Part shown: piece after piece, positions 9,829-19,970 of the stretch
How the letters are laid out: every line of letters begins with the position of its first letter
Numbering within the stretch: the stretch's first letter is position 1
Virus record (IMG/VR): IMGVR_UViG_3300045135_000695
Span: 1-34,742 of that record
DNA from: a virus
Lineage: Duplodnaviria > Caudoviricetes
Strand: one strand, 5' to 3'
Length of the DNA: 34,742 nt
The notes under the pieces: model-generated
Told to the model about the DNA's origin: nothing
Database searches by the model: none
Seen by the model: only the letters and a program-made list of their open reading frames with translations
Position numbers and translations under genes: made by a program

Positions 9829-11352
9829 TTACTTACCAGAGCCGCTAGCGCTAGTGGTTGTGGTTTCCTGTGGGGTAGAGCCTGTGTAGACCTTACCGCC
9901 TGCATTCGCTATAGCGTCTTGTTCTGCCTTTAATTCTGCTTGAGTAGCACCGCTTGCTAGTTTCTCTGCCCAATAAGCTTGATTGTATGTGCCAGTAGGG
10001 CCTTGAGAAGCCAGAGCTGTAACTACGTCAGTCTCAGCACCACCAGCAGGCAAGCTTACAGCAGGAGTACCTTGATCGACTACAGGAACCGGATCAGTGT
10101 TAGGGCTTAAGATACTGCCAGTTGTCACAGCAGAAAGAAGATTGAGCGGAGTAACATTCATGCCTGTGCCGATAACATCCATAATACCCATGTCAGTAGG
10201 AGGCACTAGGCCAGCACCGCCTACAATCTCAGGCAATGGGTTATAAGCAGCCGCTAAAGCTTCCTCAGTTGAAATGCTACCAATAGGAGCTACATAATTG
10301 TTTAACGCGGCCTCATCCATAGCAGAGCCTAATTCACCATAATGAGCAGCTAATTTAGCAGCCTCTTTGGAGTCAGGGTGATGGTACTCACCAGCCATGC
10401 TAGGTGGTACTACAGGTTGAGACATTAAATCAGCATCATCATACACATTGGCACCATAGCCACCAACATAACCGCTAGTGTCATCCATATAATCCCAATT
10501 AATGTCATTAGCAATGTAATGCTCTGTACCATCTGGGCCAAGAACTGTGGTATAGCCGCCACCATCTAAACTAGACGTTTCAGAAATAACCTCATAACCA
10601 GTATCGGTTGTAGCACCACTGCCGTACAAATCTTCCCATTGATTTTCAAGTTGAGCATCACTAACAGCAGAAACATTGGTATTGCCACCAGTGTAATCAA
10701 CAGTACCACCAGCAACACTAGCGTCAAACGCAGGATTATATGTCATGGTAGGATCAACAGTGATCGGGCCTTGTTCTGTTTGCACAGTGATAGGGCCTTG
10801 CTCAATAGTACCGCCAGATACATTAATATTGGTGCTATGATCTTGCTGAGCTTGCAACTGAGCCAATGCTAATTCGTGGGCGTACTGTGCCTCTTGATTA
10901 GATTGAGCTTGAGCATAGGAAGTTTGAGCCAACTGTTGCTCAGTAGGAGAGTAATCGGGAGCCACATATTGACCAGTGTAAGGGTCAATAAACATACCCT
11001 CTAAAGCCATAGCTTGAGCTGGGCGAGCCTGACGGAAAGCATTAACGGACTGTTGATACAATGGCTGAGAGCTATAACCCATCAAGCCACCAGCAAACTC
11101 TTGAGCCTGTGGAATACCAGCCGTAGCATCAAAACCTTGTGGAGCTAAACCGAAAGCAGAAGCAGCACCACCAGTGGCTTGCATTGCTTGCTGTTGCATT
11201 GGTGTGAAAGCCGCTACGTCAGGGCCATAATAAGGAGTATAACCAATCTTCTGTACGTCACGCGCACGATTGATGTTCTCAATAGCAGCATTTTCTAACC
11301 ATGCTGGGATTTCAACTTGGCTTGTAGTAGAGCCGCCTTTGCCACCACTCAT
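9829..11352 (-). CDS. Putative ejection protein with long acidic low-complexity C-terminal region
   Basis: MSGGKGGSTTS.VEIP.W and PYYGPDVAAF N-terminus; first gene of the ejection cluster. Confidence 0.6.
   Translation of the reverse strand: MSGGKGGSTTSQVEIPAWLENAAIENINRARDVQKIGYTPYYGPDVAAFTPMQQQAMQATGGAASAFGLAPQGFDATAGIPQAQEFAGGLMGYSSQPLYQQSVNAFRQARPAQAMALEGMFIDPYTGQYVAPDYSPTEQQLAQTSYAQAQSNQEAQYAHELALAQLQAQQDHSTNINVSGGTIEQGPITVQTEQGPITVDPTMTYNPAFDASVAGGTVDYTGGNTNVSAVSDAQLENQWEDLYGSGATTDTGYEVISETSSLDGGGYTTVLGPDGTEHYIANDINWDYMDDTSGYVGGYGANVYDDADLMSQPVVPPSMAGEYHHPDSKEAAKLAAHYGELGSAMDEAALNNYVAPIGSISTEEALAAAYNPLPEIVGGAGLVPPTDMGIMDVIGTGMNVTPLNLLSAVTTGSILSPNTDPVPVVDQGTPAVSLPAGGAETDVVTALASQGPTGTYNQAYWAEKLASGATQAELKAEQDAIANAGGKVYTGSTPQETTTTSASGSGK
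10757..10803. repeat. In-frame 20-bp imperfect duplication (EQGPITV x2)
   Basis: acagtgatcgggccttgttc (10757-10776) and acagtgatagggccttgctc (10784-10803); 27-nt period. Confidence 0.8.
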
Positions 11353-11726
11353 TTAATCACCTTTTCCATTAATACCAGCTTTTCTTTCCAGCCAGCCTTT
11401 CTATTTGCTTTAGCCCAGCCTTTACGACCAGTCATAGTTAATGCTTCGCAACCGTAGTGCTTTGCCCATACTTCTGCTGATTTCTGCATCTCATGGAGTT
11501 CTTCCATGTCGCCACCAGCTAAGAAGATATGAAGTGTTTTCTTTCTTGGATAGACAATGATTTCCGTTACTGCACAACTTTTCTCGGCAGGCCATAATTG
11601 TTGCTTGCCTGAGCGAATATTGTTAGCAACGTCCTCATAGGTGTGAGTGCCGCCCGAATATTTCAAAGCTGCCTTAATCCATTTCTTGCAACGAATCAAT
11701 TCATCTTCTAGCGTTCTGTCTTGCAT
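11349..11726 (-). CDS. GNAT-fold-like virion assembly protein
   Basis: VTEI..YP.KK.LHIFLAGG and WAK..GC.....GRKGW; sits just before the ejection genes, as in P22 gp14/T7 gp13-like layouts. Confidence 0.7.
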   Translation of the reverse strand: MQDRTLEDELIRCKKWIKAALKYSGGTHTYEDVANNIRSGKQQLWPAEKSCAVTEIIVYPRKKTLHIFLAGGDMEELHEMQKSAEVWAKHYGCEALTMTGRKGWAKANRKAGWKEKLVLMEKVIK

Positions 11727-11735
11727 TATAACATA

Positions 11736-12380
11736 CTATCCTGCTACTCGTGTAATACTCAGTGTGCTTGCTGGCGTAGCCGGAGCAAACGTCTCAGCAG
11801 CACTAGCGTCTAGTTTACCACTAGTGCTATCGACTGCCCACATTGCCTCCAGATAATCACCTGCAGAAACAGTAAATAAAGCAGTACGACTTACTACAAG
11901 TGTAGCATTATTCTGGTGTAGAGCATTCTTCATGGTAGAGCCAGCAACATCAGTACCATTAACACGAGGCCAAAACCAAAAATGAACCGTGCTAGATGAA
12001 CTGGATGCGATCTGAGCAGAGAAGCTAATCAAATACTCACCTGCCTCTACAAACTGAATCTGTGAGCCGTTAAGTGTAATACCATCAGTAGTACCAGTAT
12101 AGGTTAAAGCATACGCAGTATTGGCTGCAGCAGCAGTCACATCAGATGCGATACCCAAGCTAGCACGACCATCATCAAGTACGATCTGTCGCCACTCGTT
12201 ATTCTTGGATACTACAGGATATTCATTGGCAGTATCCCATAAAATCACGCCATCATCATGAGCAGATTCACCTGTTAGCTTATGACGTAAGTGGTCACGA
12301 GTCTGAGTAAGATATGCAGCCAATCGTTGCGCCCAATTGACCCAGTTATTACCATGCGGCTTAGGTGGGATTTGCTGCAT
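11736..12380 (-). CDS. Tail-associated structural protein
   Basis: DG.ILWD...YPVVSK..EWRQ segment plus beta-rich C-terminal domain (G.Y.ISFSAQ, AGDYLE). Confidence 0.6.
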   Translation of the reverse strand: MQQIPPKPHGNNWVNWAQRLAAYLTQTRDHLRHKLTGESAHDDGVILWDTANEYPVVSKNNEWRQIVLDDGRASLGIASDVTAAAANTAYALTYTGTTDGITLNGSQIQFVEAGEYLISFSAQIASSSSSTVHFWFWPRVNGTDVAGSTMKNALHQNNATLVVSRTALFTVSAGDYLEAMWAVDSTSGKLDASAAETFAPATPASTLSITRVAG

Positions 12381-13861
12381 TACCTACGACCTCGACTCTT
12401 AACCTCTAGTCGGTTAATACCTACGCGCCAATCAGCGTTACCAGCACCCTCTACACGCATTCTGACCTGTCTACCAGTAAAGCGTAAGCTAGTAGGATTA
12501 GACATGCTGTAAGGGCCGTATTCACGCTCTGTGTCGTTAGGGTAAAACCTAGTTTTAAACTTAGCTTGTACGTCACCCTGCGTACGTTCATCTGGAATCA
12601 TGCTGGTAATAGACATTACATTGTCACCAGTACCCACGCTAATAGGCCCAGACTCAGCGAATGGAGTATCACCATCGTAATTGCTACCAACCTCATGCTC
12701 ATAAATCTTCTTATCAGAAGGATTAGCATATATAGGGTAACGATAAACTCCAGCATCAACCGCAGCAGTGCGAGCAAGCGTCCCGATAGACCATGTACCT
12801 TCTTGGTAATTGTACGCGACATAACGATCATTCTCAGTGGATGAGCTAGATGGGTAGAACCAGCGAATCTCAGAGAACTTGGCATTAGATACAGCTACAA
12901 CCTTACTAATCTGACTAGAGTTAATATCACTAAACACATAGTCAGCAACATCAGATTCAATCTCCTGTACAGTACCACCACCATACACGTAGAATGACCG
13001 ATAACCCATCCATATAGCACCCTGATCAACTACAGCTACAGCTTGCTTAGAAGCAATACCGCAAGAAGTGCCTACGCGCTCAAAGCCGTAGACATAAGGT
13101 GGGCCTGAATAAGTAGCAGTATGAGCATCATTATCAGTGAGAATCAATGTCTGGTTTTGTACACGGACAGCGCACTCGATACGACCATCTGTTTGTAATT
13201 CAATATCACCAGCCTCATTGGTAGCAGCAGCAGTCCATTCCGTATTGTTCTCACGGTCAGACCATTGCACCTTACGTGGATTACCACCAGCGCCTAAAAC
13301 CATTAAGAAGCGTTCATCAGTTACCACAATACCACGGTTGCTAGTAGGAGCATTAGCAACCACAGCAGCAGGAGTAGCAGTGCTTAACTGCCATTCGTAA
13401 ATCTTACCATCAGCATCAGAGCAAGCAACCAAGTATTCACCCCAAGCATCCATAGACCAAGTAGTAGCAGGATCAGGTAAGTCGGATTCTTGACGTTGCG
13501 TACCGTAAGCATCAATACCATAGAATGAATTACCATAACCTACAGGGTTATTAGCATCTTCAAAGCCAGCAGTAAGCCCCACAGGAGTAATATCAAACTG
13601 AGTGCCAGCACTATTGTACACATATAGCTTATTGTACGTACCAGCAGTAATCCAGCGAGCAGCAGAGTTATCAACCCAAGCATGTAAAGATCGAGCCTTA
13701 GCTGCTGTAGCTGTGTCTGAACGAGTACGCCAACCCTGAATAGGCTGCATAGTGTTGTCATGCCAGCGCACTAGGTTAGAGTCACGCCAGCGACCTTGTG
13801 ATTGTAGATCAGTACCATTGCGGTAAATACCAGCAGGCAGATCAAGTGCAATTAATGGCAT
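12380..13861 (-). CDS. Tail nozzle / DNA stabilisation protein (P22 gp10-like)
   Basis: GRWRDSNLVRW, WGEYLV, VQWSD.E...W, CG.AS, R.TGRQ motifs; beta-propeller-like composition. Confidence 0.8.
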   Translation of the reverse strand: MPLIALDLPAGIYRNGTDLQSQGRWRDSNLVRWHDNTMQPIQGWRTRSDTATAAKARSLHAWVDNSAARWITAGTYNKLYVYNSAGTQFDITPVGLTAGFEDANNPVGYGNSFYGIDAYGTQRQESDLPDPATTWSMDAWGEYLVACSDADGKIYEWQLSTATPAAVVANAPTSNRGIVVTDERFLMVLGAGGNPRKVQWSDRENNTEWTAAATNEAGDIELQTDGRIECAVRVQNQTLILTDNDAHTATYSGPPYVYGFERVGTSCGIASKQAVAVVDQGAIWMGYRSFYVYGGGTVQEIESDVADYVFSDINSSQISKVVAVSNAKFSEIRWFYPSSSSTENDRYVAYNYQEGTWSIGTLARTAAVDAGVYRYPIYANPSDKKIYEHEVGSNYDGDTPFAESGPISVGTGDNVMSITSMIPDERTQGDVQAKFKTRFYPNDTEREYGPYSMSNPTSLRFTGRQVRMRVEGAGNADWRVGINRLEVKSRGRR

Positions 13862-13870
13862 ACTAACCTC

Positions 13871-14326
13871 TTATACAATTCCAAAAACAACAGCACCAAC
13901 GCAACCGATAGCGATTAATCCAGCCAATACAGTAAAAGCTATAATCATGTTTTTCACGTCATCATCCTTCTGCTGTTTCTTCCGTATCTTTTTGCGACTA
14001 TCTATAGTTGCAGCGTGTGCATCATCTTCTAGTCGCCTTTTGTGAGCGTTCCACTCAGCTACTACCCAACCTTCACAGGAATAAGTTATAAATTCGTCAA
14101 GCTCTTTCTGCTTGCGCTTTAAGTCAATGTGAGCGAGAAAGGCCTCAGTGCTTGTTTTGCCGTTGGCCTTATCTTCTTGCGCCTGTACATCAACCTGAGT
14201 CTTTGCCTCAAGGAACTTAGCAGCACATTTCCACGCTTCATTGGCGTTATTAGCGCAGGTCTTTAGTGTCTTATAGGCACCATTCGCTGCGCTTATTGCT
14301 GCTAGTATTGAGGCAGGATCAAGCAT
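13871..14326 (-). CDS. Hypothetical protein with C-terminal transmembrane helix
   Basis: MLDP.SILAA start, coiled coil, hydrophobic C-terminus. Confidence 0.7.
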   Translation of the reverse strand: MLDPASILAAISAANGAYKTLKTCANNANEAWKCAAKFLEAKTQVDVQAQEDKANGKTSTEAFLAHIDLKRKQKELDEFITYSCEGWVVAEWNAHKRRLEDDAHAATIDSRKKIRKKQQKDDDVKNMIIAFTVLAGLIAIGCVGAVVFGIV

Positions 14327-15885
14327 TAGCTAGCCGCTTGTGCTTCCAGTGCTTCGATACGCTCTAACGCTTCCTGCAAAGCAGCAGTTAACAGGGGTAC
14401 TAGTTTGGATTGATCAATACCTTGATAATCTGGCACTTCGCGCTCACCCATTACGGCTTCGGTTACAAGCTGGCTTTCGGTGCGTTCAGGCTCAACTTCG
14501 TTACCATCATCATCCAATACAGCAGGGATTACAATGTCCTCATATACAGCAGGAGTGACTTCGTATTCCTCTATTTTCATTGCGTCTTTAGTACCATGTA
14601 CTGCTTCTGGAACAACCGCCTGCGCTTCGTGGGCCAAGAAGCCATCGACGCGAGAACCATCTACTTTCCATGCAAAATTAATAGGGTTAAGCGCCTTAAC
14701 ACGCTCAACAGAGCCGACCATCGGACGGGCATCTTCTTTTAAACGGTAGTCAGATGAAGTATTGTAGGAAGTGCCTGAATTGTTATAAACAACCGAACCA
14801 ACAGCCGCACCATTGTTTCTAAAACTAAATACCGTTGTATTATTGGTCGTATTTGGCCTATTGTAAATGCAATAAACACCACCTCCAGACCCATTCGGAT
14901 ACATTGTGAATCCATTACCCTGCAATGTAGTAGCACCAACCAGTAGATTACCACTAGAGTCTATACGGGCGCGTTCTGTGCCACTTGTATTAAACGCTAG
15001 TTGACCGCCACCAGCCTGATTACCGATAGTCGTAACTTTACCTGCGCCAGAAGTTGTTACGCGGAATAAACCATAACCGTCGTATGCGTTAAACAGGTTT
15101 GTACCAGATGTTGAGATGTCTAACGGATAAGTAGGACTAGTAGTACCTATGCCTAAACTCTCAGCGCTAGCATCCCAGAAGAACTTAGCCGTTGTGCCAG
15201 TGTCTTCGTAGAATGAGATGTCGCCTGTAGTATGGTCAATTAATATGCGCGGTGTAGTGCCACTAGCAGCATCGTTTAATGTTGCGATTTCAAGAACGCC
15301 ACCATTGTTCTTGATCTGCGTATTTTTATTAGTGGTATCTGTCTCAAATAATCGGATTCGCGGATTTGTACTTGATACCGCGCTAATATCACTAGCAGTA
15401 ACCGTGCCTGTTACGTCTACGCCTGTGGAGGTTGTGGCCAGCTTCTGGTTATTATTATGATATAGCTTTAGGCTATCATTTAAAGTATCAGCGTACAGGA
15501 GATTAACACCGTCTGAACCCTCAATAATAACACCATTGTTGTTGCTTTGAATGAACAGAGAGCCAGCGCCCACATCCTTAATGTAGGAGCCTGTTGCTGG
15601 GTCATGGTAAATCTGTAGGTCATCGGATGCGCCAGCCTTCAACTTGACGTTATCGCCCATTGCGATATCGCCTGTCATCGTGCCGCCAGCTTTAGGCAGA
15701 GCAGCATTAGCAGTGGTGTTTGCTGTATCAGCAGTAGACTGAGCAGCCGCAGCAGCATCGTCATTGGACTTCATCTGTGTGTCGATGGTGTCCATATTGT
15801 CATTAATGTATCCGCCCCACAAATCATCGTCGCCACCGACTGTAGGCTTTTTCAGCAAGTAGTTTGTAGTATCAGTTGCCATCAC
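14326..15885 (-). CDS. Tail fibre/spike with C-terminal intramolecular chaperone (peptidase S74-like)
   Basis: N-terminal L.KP.VG...D.WG..IN.N anchor; GIGTTSP and ERARIDSSGNLLVG repeats; TSSDYRLKE cleavage motif; GFLAHE; DQSKLVPLL. Confidence 0.9.
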   Translation of the reverse strand: MMATDTTNYLLKKPTVGGDDDLWGGYINDNMDTIDTQMKSNDDAAAAAQSTADTANTTANAALPKAGGTMTGDIAMGDNVKLKAGASDDLQIYHDPATGSYIKDVGAGSLFIQSNNNGVIIEGSDGVNLLYADTLNDSLKLYHNNNQKLATTSTGVDVTGTVTASDISAVSSTNPRIRLFETDTTNKNTQIKNNGGVLEIATLNDAASGTTPRILIDHTTGDISFYEDTGTTAKFFWDASAESLGIGTTSPTYPLDISTSGTNLFNAYDGYGLFRVTTSGAGKVTTIGNQAGGGQLAFNTSGTERARIDSSGNLLVGATTLQGNGFTMYPNGSGGGVYCIYNRPNTTNNTTVFSFRNNGAAVGSVVYNNSGTSYNTSSDYRLKEDARPMVGSVERVKALNPINFAWKVDGSRVDGFLAHEAQAVVPEAVHGTKDAMKIEEYEVTPAVYEDIVIPAVLDDDGNEVEPERTESQLVTEAVMGEREVPDYQGIDQSKLVPLLTAALQEALERIEALEAQAAS

Positions 15886-15918
15886 GAGGCTCCTTTAATT
15901 TAATATTGTTCAATTTTA

Positions 15919-16629
15919 TCACAAATTCGTCCAACTTTGTTCATCTGTGGCTTGCGTATTCCACGTTTGAGAATCTATTGGTAAGTCACTGTACGTCTGC
16001 GTATCTAGAGCTAATGGATTCCATATCTGTGAATCGGCAGGAATATCATTGTAGGATTGTACGTCAAGCGTTATACCTTCGTACTTGTAGCGAATATCAC
16101 CAGCAACAGACAATGCAATTGAATTACTGCCTACAGCCTCACGGATACGTAAGGTTTCACCTGTAACCAGTAGGGATACATCAACAGTGCCCAGTAGCTC
16201 ATAGACTACGTTAACATTACCTACAGTGGTCAGCGTAATACTCGACCCACCATCCAGCAATCGGATAGGTGTAGCATCACCGCTAGTAGTAATATCAGAT
16301 ACAGCAGCAGCACCAGCTAAGCGAATACCTAGCACGTCACCGTAAGTTGTTATAGCAATGTTAGAACTACCAGAGCCGCCATTAATCTTGATAGCATTAG
16401 ATGCGGTATTTAGTGCGATATTCACCGCACCATCTGCACCGTTTATCAACTGGCCTACACTTGTGGTAGATACACTTACATCAGTCGTACCATCTGGCAG
16501 GTAGACCTTAGTAGCATCAGCACTGGCACTAACAGCCACGGTAGAGCTGGCAGATATATCTACCCAGTTCTCAGAACCGTATGATGCCACGCCATAGAGC
16601 GCAGCACCGTAGCCGTTATTCACCGACAT
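15919..16629 (-). CDS. Putative tail structural protein
   Basis: YG...YG...YG N-terminus, S/T/G/A-rich beta repeats, C-terminal DxQx(W/Y) repeats. Confidence 0.65.
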   Translation of the reverse strand: MSVNNGYGAALYGVASYGSENWVDISASSTVAVSASADATKVYLPDGTTDVSVSTTSVGQLINGADGAVNIALNTASNAIKINGGSGSSNIAITTYGDVLGIRLAGAAAVSDITTSGDATPIRLLDGGSSITLTTVGNVNVVYELLGTVDVSLLVTGETLRIREAVGSNSIALSVAGDIRYKYEGITLDVQSYNDIPADSQIWNPLALDTQTYSDLPIDSQTWNTQATDEQSWTNL

Positions 16630-16630
16630 A

Positions 16631-17014
16631 TTAAGCTACTGTGATGTCTAGCTCGCCAGCGTTAAAGCGTAATGTATCACCACTTGCCACAGCCTTAGAG
16701 GCAGTCAGCGTACCATAACACATCATGTTGCCAGCACTTACAGCATCATAGATAGCGAAGTGAGTCACAGTGCCCCAAGAAGCTGTAGCCTTTGGAAATT
16801 CTACGTTAGCAGTGTTAGACGCTGTATCACCTGTTACAGTGAACGCCATAGATTGACGTGCGTATGATCCACCAGTGACCTCAGTACCAGCGCCAGCATC
16901 GTTAGGCGCAGTGGTAAATAGGGCTACGTAGTGTGTAGCTGGTGCGGTATAAGGAGTACCACCGAACACATGTTCAGCAATCTTTTGCTCCAGAAAGTCA
17001 GTTGCTTGGCTCAT
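16631..17014 (-). CDS. Small tail (fibre-base-like) structural protein
   Basis: YVALFT..P, EVTGGSYARQ, WGTVTHFAI.DA...GN motifs. Confidence 0.75.
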   Translation of the reverse strand: MSQATDFLEQKIAEHVFGGTPYTAPATHYVALFTTAPNDAGAGTEVTGGSYARQSMAFTVTGDTASNTANVEFPKATASWGTVTHFAIYDAVSAGNMMCYGTLTASKAVASGDTLRFNAGELDITVA

Positions 17015-17634
17015 TTATATGCTCCGATTCTTACTTTTAAGCCGCTACCTGATGCAACAGCTTTGTTACTTGCCTTGTTGGCACGAGCTACAGCGCTTGA
17101 ATACATAGCAGCCCATGTTTGTGTACGCTCATCTTCCTGTAGGAAAGGTGCAGAGTGAATCAAAGCACCATACAAGTAGACATCTGGGTAATTGGTTAAC
17201 AGCCAGTTAGTAGTGTTAACATCGGATAATGCAGCTACCTGAGCTAGATAGTTAATATCAGCACTGTAGTTGCTGTCAGGAGTAGGGTATAACTCAACCT
17301 GACCAGCATTGTGACTGTAGTACTCTGGCGTACCAGTAGCATCTTCGTTAGCTGCTCGCATCTTCTGCATATCTGCACGAGGAACATAACGAACATCGGT
17401 AGTACCATTGCCGTTAATATGGAAGCGTACAGTCTCCAACCAATCACTAGGAAGGCCGATAAACTGAGCATCCAGAGTAGTCTCTGCTCGCTTCTCCATA
17501 CGCCAATGACGTACTTGATCATTGATTGCAGCTTCAGCCAGAGCAATAAACTCTGGAATGTTGCTCGTTAAATCATCACGATTCAACCAGTTAGCAACTG
17601 CTGTCTTTAGTTCGGAATAAGTAGTAATAGCCAT
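17011..17634 (-). CDS. Head-to-tail adaptor protein
   Basis: TYSELKTAVANWLNRDDL..IP.FI.LAEA, P.PD..Y, TNWLL..YPD.YLYGAL motifs. Confidence 0.8.
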   Translation of the reverse strand: MAITTYSELKTAVANWLNRDDLTSNIPEFIALAEAAINDQVRHWRMEKRAETTLDAQFIGLPSDWLETVRFHINGNGTTDVRYVPRADMQKMRAANEDATGTPEYYSHNAGQVELYPTPDSNYSADINYLAQVAALSDVNTTNWLLTNYPDVYLYGALIHSAPFLQEDERTQTWAAMYSSAVARANKASNKAVASGSGLKVRIGAYK

Positions 17635-17642
17635 GACGTAAC

Positions 17643-18554
17643 CTATAACAATTCAAATATAGACGTAGGGTTAACTACACCTGTCTTACGAGACTGACCA
17701 ATATCAAACAGACCTCTAAGCACATCCACGCCAACTTGCGGAGTGCCGAACTCTACAAATCCCTCATCATCTGTAATGATAGGTAGAATAGAGCCTCGCT
17801 GCTGACCTTGTGGTAATGCGAACTTATCTTCAAACTCAGCCATTCGCTCTGCACGGTTGAACTCGTTAACGCCCATTAGGCCTGCGGCTGCTGTTGGCAA
17901 TTTGGCAGACTTCATTAGCCCAACTTCACCTTTCTTTGCTGGATTAAGCTCTGCAAATTTTGAACGCAAATCAGCCTCATCAAATACGGCTACATGAGTT
18001 GCTGGCTTATCGTAATGACCTACAGCGTCATCAAGGTTTAGGAACTTTACACCTTTAAGCCCATCAGACTTAGCTTGGTCGATCGTCTTGTTAACAAAAT
18101 CAGATACTCCCTGATCGTTAAACGATTGCCCCTTCATATCTACAACCTTTAGGCTTTCATCATTTGGTACATGAATAGGCATTATATTCTGCCCACGCAT
18201 TCTTGCCTGTGGGTCTGACATAAACTGAGCCTCTAACTGCTCGGCCTCAATAATCTTTTGATCATACAAATCCCAATCACCCTTACGCTCAGCAGCATCA
18301 GCTTCCTTTAGCAGCTTAACCACGCGATTAGTGGTAGCACTATGATCCGCATAACTTCTTGCTGTAAACTCTGGGTCATCACTAAACCAAAATGCCTTTT
18401 TAGCGCTTGCCGCTTCTGTGTTAGAGCCACGCATACCCTTAGAGAACTCTTGAATATTAGACGCGGTACCATGATAGTAATCATCAGCAGACAGACCCAA
18501 AGCATCAAGCAGGCCTTTTCGCGCCTTAGTAATAGTTGGAATAGTCTTTGGCAT
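17643..18554 (-). CDS. ADP-ribosyltransferase-like protein (ART-PolyVal-like)
   Basis: YHGT...EF, FWFSDDP..A.SYA, G.NIMP, AK.DG..GV.F, VAVFD...LRSKFA motifs. Likely start ATG 18554 after GAGG. Confidence 0.7.
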   Translation of the reverse strand: MPKTIPTITKARKGLLDALGLSADDYYHGTASNIQEFSKGMRGSNTEAASAKKAFWFSDDPEFTARSYADHSATTNRVVKLLKEADAAERKGDWDLYDQKIIEAEQLEAQFMSDPQARMRGQNIMPIHVPNDESLKVVDMKGQSFNDQGVSDFVNKTIDQAKSDGLKGVKFLNLDDAVGHYDKPATHVAVFDEADLRSKFAELNPAKKGEVGLMKSAKLPTAAAGLMGVNEFNRAERMAEFEDKFALPQGQQRGSILPIITDDEGFVEFGTPQVGVDVLRGLFDIGQSRKTGVVNPTSIFELL

Positions 18555-18620
18555 GAATAACCTCAATAATTAAAAGCCGCCACGTAGCCGAACAATAGGT
18601 GACAGGCGTATCAAGGCCAA

Positions 18621-19970
18621 TTATATCACGCCTTTAATGTTACGCCTAATAGGCTTTCTAGACTTATTGCCATGCCTGCCTAAATCACCCGATGTGAATG
18701 CTTGTGCCATCTGTCTAAGAGCATCAGCAGCCTCACTATGGCCTTCACTTTTATCTGGAATATGTGACCATCGTTGCTCACTGTTTGACCACTTTCTACG
18801 GTAAGACTTCAAATGATCCAGACCATTAGCACAAGACACATCATCAATATAGATGTATGGAAACATATCACTCGTCTGCTGTATGCCCCATGTAATCTCT
18901 GGTATACGAGGTACGATATGCCACTTAGCACTAGGCATTAGCTCCTTGAGCATCTGCTTGGGTGACTTGTTACTATTCTGTCCCTGTCGAGTATGATCAG
19001 CATCGTGTGGCAGATACATGTCCTCAAAGATTAGATCAAGCGATTTAAGCCACTTAACAGCATGATTGTATGGCTCACCCCATGATTCATAGAAGTTGAT
19101 GCAACGGAACTCCATACCAACTTTCTGCACCACCCAGATAGCTGTACCATCAGAGTTACCTATATCCCAGAATGTCATACATGGCTGAGACTCTAGCACT
19201 GGCAGCTTGCCAATACGGCCTTCTGTATAGCACTTATTGATCTCACGTAACCAGAAAGCACCCTCTGGGTATTCAAGATAATCTCCCTCCCAAACATGTT
19301 GATAAGTATCTGGACGCTTCTCTAAGTCCTCAAGCCTTGCGTTATTCAGCTTTGTTGTAAACCAAGGATTATCCCTCCAGTTTAGCTTGACGATCTTACT
19401 ATTCTTTGGTGGGTCTTGGATGAATCGTTTGTCAGTGGCAGAGTTCTTTGTTTCCCTGTTCCACGTCAGCCAGCACTCACTGCCATCTTCACGTATAGTT
19501 GGGATCAACTTACTCCAAGCTGTCTCGCTAACACCATCCGCTTCCTCAACCCATGCTATGAGTATTCGGCTCTTAGACTTAACACTATCTAGGTTGGATG
19601 TCAGGCCAGCAAAGCCATATCTAATATTACCATCTTTAGATCTGATGTATTTCTCACCTATCTCGTAGTAATCAACAAGCCAAGGATATAGATACTCCCT
19701 AGTCTCTGGATCACGCAATAAGATCATACCCTTAACTTCTTCTAGGCTTGATTCTTCCAAGGAGTTTAACTTCTGTCGAGCGCAAAGGATCAACCCCTTC
19801 TCCCCAGACATACCAAACCTGTAGCCGAATACAGCAGTCATCAAGGCAAATGATTTACTTTTCGCTGATCCCCTTCCGCCCCAAGCGCCTCGGAACTCAG
19901 TCTCACCCTGAAAGACAGGTACTAGCTTAGGAGGTAGGTTAATCTGTGCTGCCGACACTAGGTGCCTCAT
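18621..19970 (-). CDS. terL: Terminase large subunit (headful/PBSX-like)
   Basis: Walker A GGRGSAKS, Walker B WVEEA, PTIR, WDIG..D nuclease motif, PHD, H.ADA-like C-terminal motif. Confidence 0.95.
   Translation of the reverse strand: MRHLVSAAQINLPPKLVPVFQGETEFRGAWGGRGSAKSKSFALMTAVFGYRFGMSGEKGLILCARQKLNSLEESSLEEVKGMILLRDPETREYLYPWLVDYYEIGEKYIRSKDGNIRYGFAGLTSNLDSVKSKSRILIAWVEEADGVSETAWSKLIPTIREDGSECWLTWNRETKNSATDKRFIQDPPKNSKIVKLNWRDNPWFTTKLNNARLEDLEKRPDTYQHVWEGDYLEYPEGAFWLREINKCYTEGRIGKLPVLESQPCMTFWDIGNSDGTAIWVVQKVGMEFRCINFYESWGEPYNHAVKWLKSLDLIFEDMYLPHDADHTRQGQNSNKSPKQMLKELMPSAKWHIVPRIPEITWGIQQTSDMFPYIYIDDVSCANGLDHLKSYRRKWSNSEQRWSHIPDKSEGHSEAADALRQMAQAFTSGDLGRHGNKSRKPIRRNIKGVI

Noticed and set aside
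14326-15885. Diversity-generating retroelement or invertible tail-fibre cassette
   Set aside because: No reverse transcriptase or invertase, and I saw no template/variable repeat pair.
536-19930. Many 60-110-aa antisense or alternate-frame ORFs nested in structural genes
   Set aside because: They lie inside long, motif-supported minus-strand genes and show no RBS or recognisable motifs; shadow ORFs.
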